Assembly (NCBI GenBank): GCA_021432655.1
Contig: MU271192.1
Location: 124,001-188,000, forward strand
DNA: 64,000 nt
Source: Atractiella rhizophila
Taxonomy: Eukaryota
Reading direction: 5' to 3'
This document shows, one piece after another, positions 62,090-64,000 of this stretch. A model generated the notes under the pieces. It was not told where the DNA came from. It made no database searches and saw nothing but the letters and a program-made list of their open reading frames with translations. A program made the position numbers and the translations under genes. Numbering within the stretch: position 1 is the stretch's first letter; each line of letters opens with the position of its first letter.

Positions 62090-64000
62090 ATGTTGCGGAG
62101 GACATGGAGTGGAAAGCCCCAATTCTCTAAACCCGATTTACCTTCTTTGGGAAATCGCTATGGGCAAAGTGTTGTGAGTTCTTCGTCGGATGCTCGCATT
62201 GGGTCGAGCCCTCGTCTTTCGTTCTCTGTCCGATTCGTTGGCCACCCGAAGGCGACTGCTGCAATAGTGGGCGACCTGGGATTTTACACCATTCAGAGGC
62301 TCGGAAGACGTGACGCTTCGACATGGGCTTACTTGAAAGGGCTCGCCATTGCCACGTTACGCTCTCCGGGTCGTGAAGAAGTTGCGAATCTTGCGCGTCC
62401 AAAAGATCCATTGGAACAGCTCGCAACTGACGTTAGTCCACGCCAGCGTCCATCACCCGATGTCTTTGTTTCCAAGGTCAAAATCACTAGATCAGCCGAC
62501 CTCCTCGAACTCTTCCCTGCTCCCATGAGCGTCCAACTACGTGCTGCACATGCCCGAAGGACTTGGCAGCAGCCGCCAGCTCAGCAGCCGGCCAACGGTT
62601 CCTTACTGGGGAACGAAATTGGAACGCTGTCGAGAGCCGAGAATGTTCAGGTACCCGTGATCCCTTCGAATGCTTTGTATACGATCAGTCTGGAGTCACT
62701 GGAGCGGGAAGCAGGTGATATCACGTCTTCAAGAGACGAAAACGGGTTTGGGACGATTTCGAATGCGAGCAACAAGGGGTCCGCCCAAATGCACATCCTC
62801 TCGCGACTCGAACAACTGCTTTCTACATATGAGAATGATGCGACAATCCAGATGAGCCCAAAGAAGACTCTTCGGGCTGTCAACCACGTCTGGATGGCGT
62901 TACGAAGACTCCAATGGATCGTTCACTCGACCGGTCAAGATCACTTGGAGCTCTCTGTTGACCTGCGGAGGTCATTTTCCGTCTTCCTGTCCAGCGGTAT
63001 GACAACCTTGATGCGCTTTCGAAGAAGCAAGCATGCTGTTGACATCGATCGCAAATTCTTTGGCGAACTCGGATCCTCTGACTGTCCCTTTCCTGCTCTA
63101 CGGTTGAAACGAGACATTGTGTTGTGGCGCCGAGCTTTTCAGGCACTTTTTCGTTCCAAGTCAATCTTGAGTAATAGCTCTCGATGGCGCTCTGGAACGG
63201 ATCGATATGTGAAGCTTCCTCTACCCTTTGCCCAGTTCGAGAGCGCAATTCGACAGTTTGTGTCTGAGCAAGAACACGTGGATGCTGGTTTGCTATCTGC
63301 TCTGAGGCACGCGGCGGTCTGGAGCGTTCGTCACCTCCAGATATATTTGTCAGCTCCTACATCTCGATTCGAACATAAGATTCGAAGAGACGAAGTTCGA
63401 CCTTACCAGTACTTCCTTGCTCGTTTGGATATCCCACCCGACTTGCTGCAGGAGAAGACCACAGCTCTGACAGAAGCTCGACAGCTGCATGAGAGGATCA
63501 TCGATTCTTTCTTCGACACGGACGAAGCACCAGTGAGCGAGCCAGCAGATTTGCGCGATAGGTTTTCCCTCGCCTTGGAGCTTTTTTCTACCCTGCTTCA
63601 TCTAAGACCTTCGCAAGAATCGACAGTTGCTAAGGCACGACCTCTCACGCTCCAAGAGGAAATGACAGAACTTCAAAAACGCAAGATACGCGCGTTCTGG
63701 ACGATCAATTCGCACGCTTTTCGTGTTATGGATTTACACTCTACTTGGGGAGGATGGAACGGGAAAGTACACGACTATTGTCTTAGCGTTGCCCTGGATG
63801 CCTTTGATTTATTGATCAATCACCACAAGGAAGACGCTACCTCGAGTGTTTGGGCTAAGCTGGCCATTCACGATACCTTTTGGTTACGATTGCTACAGCG
63901 GACATTAGGGACCTACTGCCTCCGCCAGAACTTCGTCACTATAGCGTACCGGAAGAAGCATATTGTTCCTTGGCAAGGACCTTCCGGCCTTCGTCGCGTC
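62090..64000 (+). CDS. Long intronless ORF (637+ codons, runs off the window), possibly a mitochondrial helical-repeat protein
   Basis: Hand translation from ATG 62090 (MLRRTWSGKPQFSKPDLPSL...) has no stop up to 64000. It is absent from the ORF track because it has no stop codon. Confidence 0.75.
   Translation, partial: MLRRTWSGKPQFSKPDLPSLGNRYGQSVVSSSSDARIGSSPRLSFSVRFVGHPKATAAIVGDLGFYTIQRLGRRDASTWAYLKGLAIATLRSPGREEVANLARPKDPLEQLATDVSPRQRPSPDVFVSKVKITRSADLLELFPAPMSVQLRAAHARRTWQQPPAQQPANGSLLGNEIGTLSRAENVQVPVIPSNALYTISLESLEREAGDITSSRDENGFGTISNASNKGSAQMHILSRLEQLLSTYENDATIQMSPKKTLRAVNHVWMALRRLQWIVHSTGQDHLELSVDLRRSFSVFLSSGMTTLMRFRRSKHAVDIDRKFFGELGSSDCPFPALRLKRDIVLWRRAFQALFRSKSILSNSSRWRSGTDRYVKLPLPFAQFESAIRQFVSEQEHVDAGLLSALRHAAVWSVRHLQIYLSAPTSRFEHKIRRDEVRPYQYFLARLDIPPDLLQEKTTALTEARQLHERIIDSFFDTDEAPVSEPADLRDRFSLALELFSTLLHLRPSQESTVAKARPLTLQEEMTELQKRKIRAFWTINSHAFRVMDLHSTWGGWNGKVHDYCLSVALDAFDLLINHHKEDATSSVWAKLAIHDTFWLRLLQRTLGTYCLRQNFVTIAYRKKHIVPWQGPSGLRRV

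Noticed and set aside
1..64000. CRISPR arrays, rRNA, tRNA, prokaryotic operons or defence systems
   Set aside because: Sequence is intron-rich eukaryotic DNA and no such patterns were seen by eye; small ncRNAs would need a covariance-model search to exclude.

Overview
Gene-dense eukaryotic (fungal, most likely basidiomycete) nuclear DNA with many short (~45-65 nt) spliceosomal introns, so the six-frame ORF track fragments most genes. About 25 protein-coding loci can be rebuilt by hand. Recognisable ones are RCD1/CNOT9, PRP4, a BBOX/AIM17-like dioxygenase, a HAD phosphatase, a GH15 hydrolase, ZW10/Dsl1, ATP4, SLA1, VPS24, TSR3, a RING-H2/coiled-coil protein with TRAIP-like layout, HUA1-like, Clr2-like, CLF1, two GFA/Mss4-like paralogs, PRMT5, GCN1 and a Ctr copper transporter. 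There are also several hypotheticals, including a Cys-rich membrane protein and an unlisted 637+-codon intronless ORF running off the right edge. No RNA genes, CRISPR arrays or recognisable transposons were seen. Three ~1.1-1.3 kb head-to-tail duplications cut genes at arbitrary points and differ mostly at synonymous or intronic sites; these are most likely the two haplotypes of a heterozygous genome assembled in tandem. Single-base frameshifts in ZW10 and GCN1 are probably consensus errors. All family assignments come from motif recognition, not database searches. I found no clear multi-gene novel system; the best biological leads are the TRAIP-like E3, the Cys-rich membrane protein, the conserved 5-nt micro-exon and the VPS24/TSR3 coding overlap.
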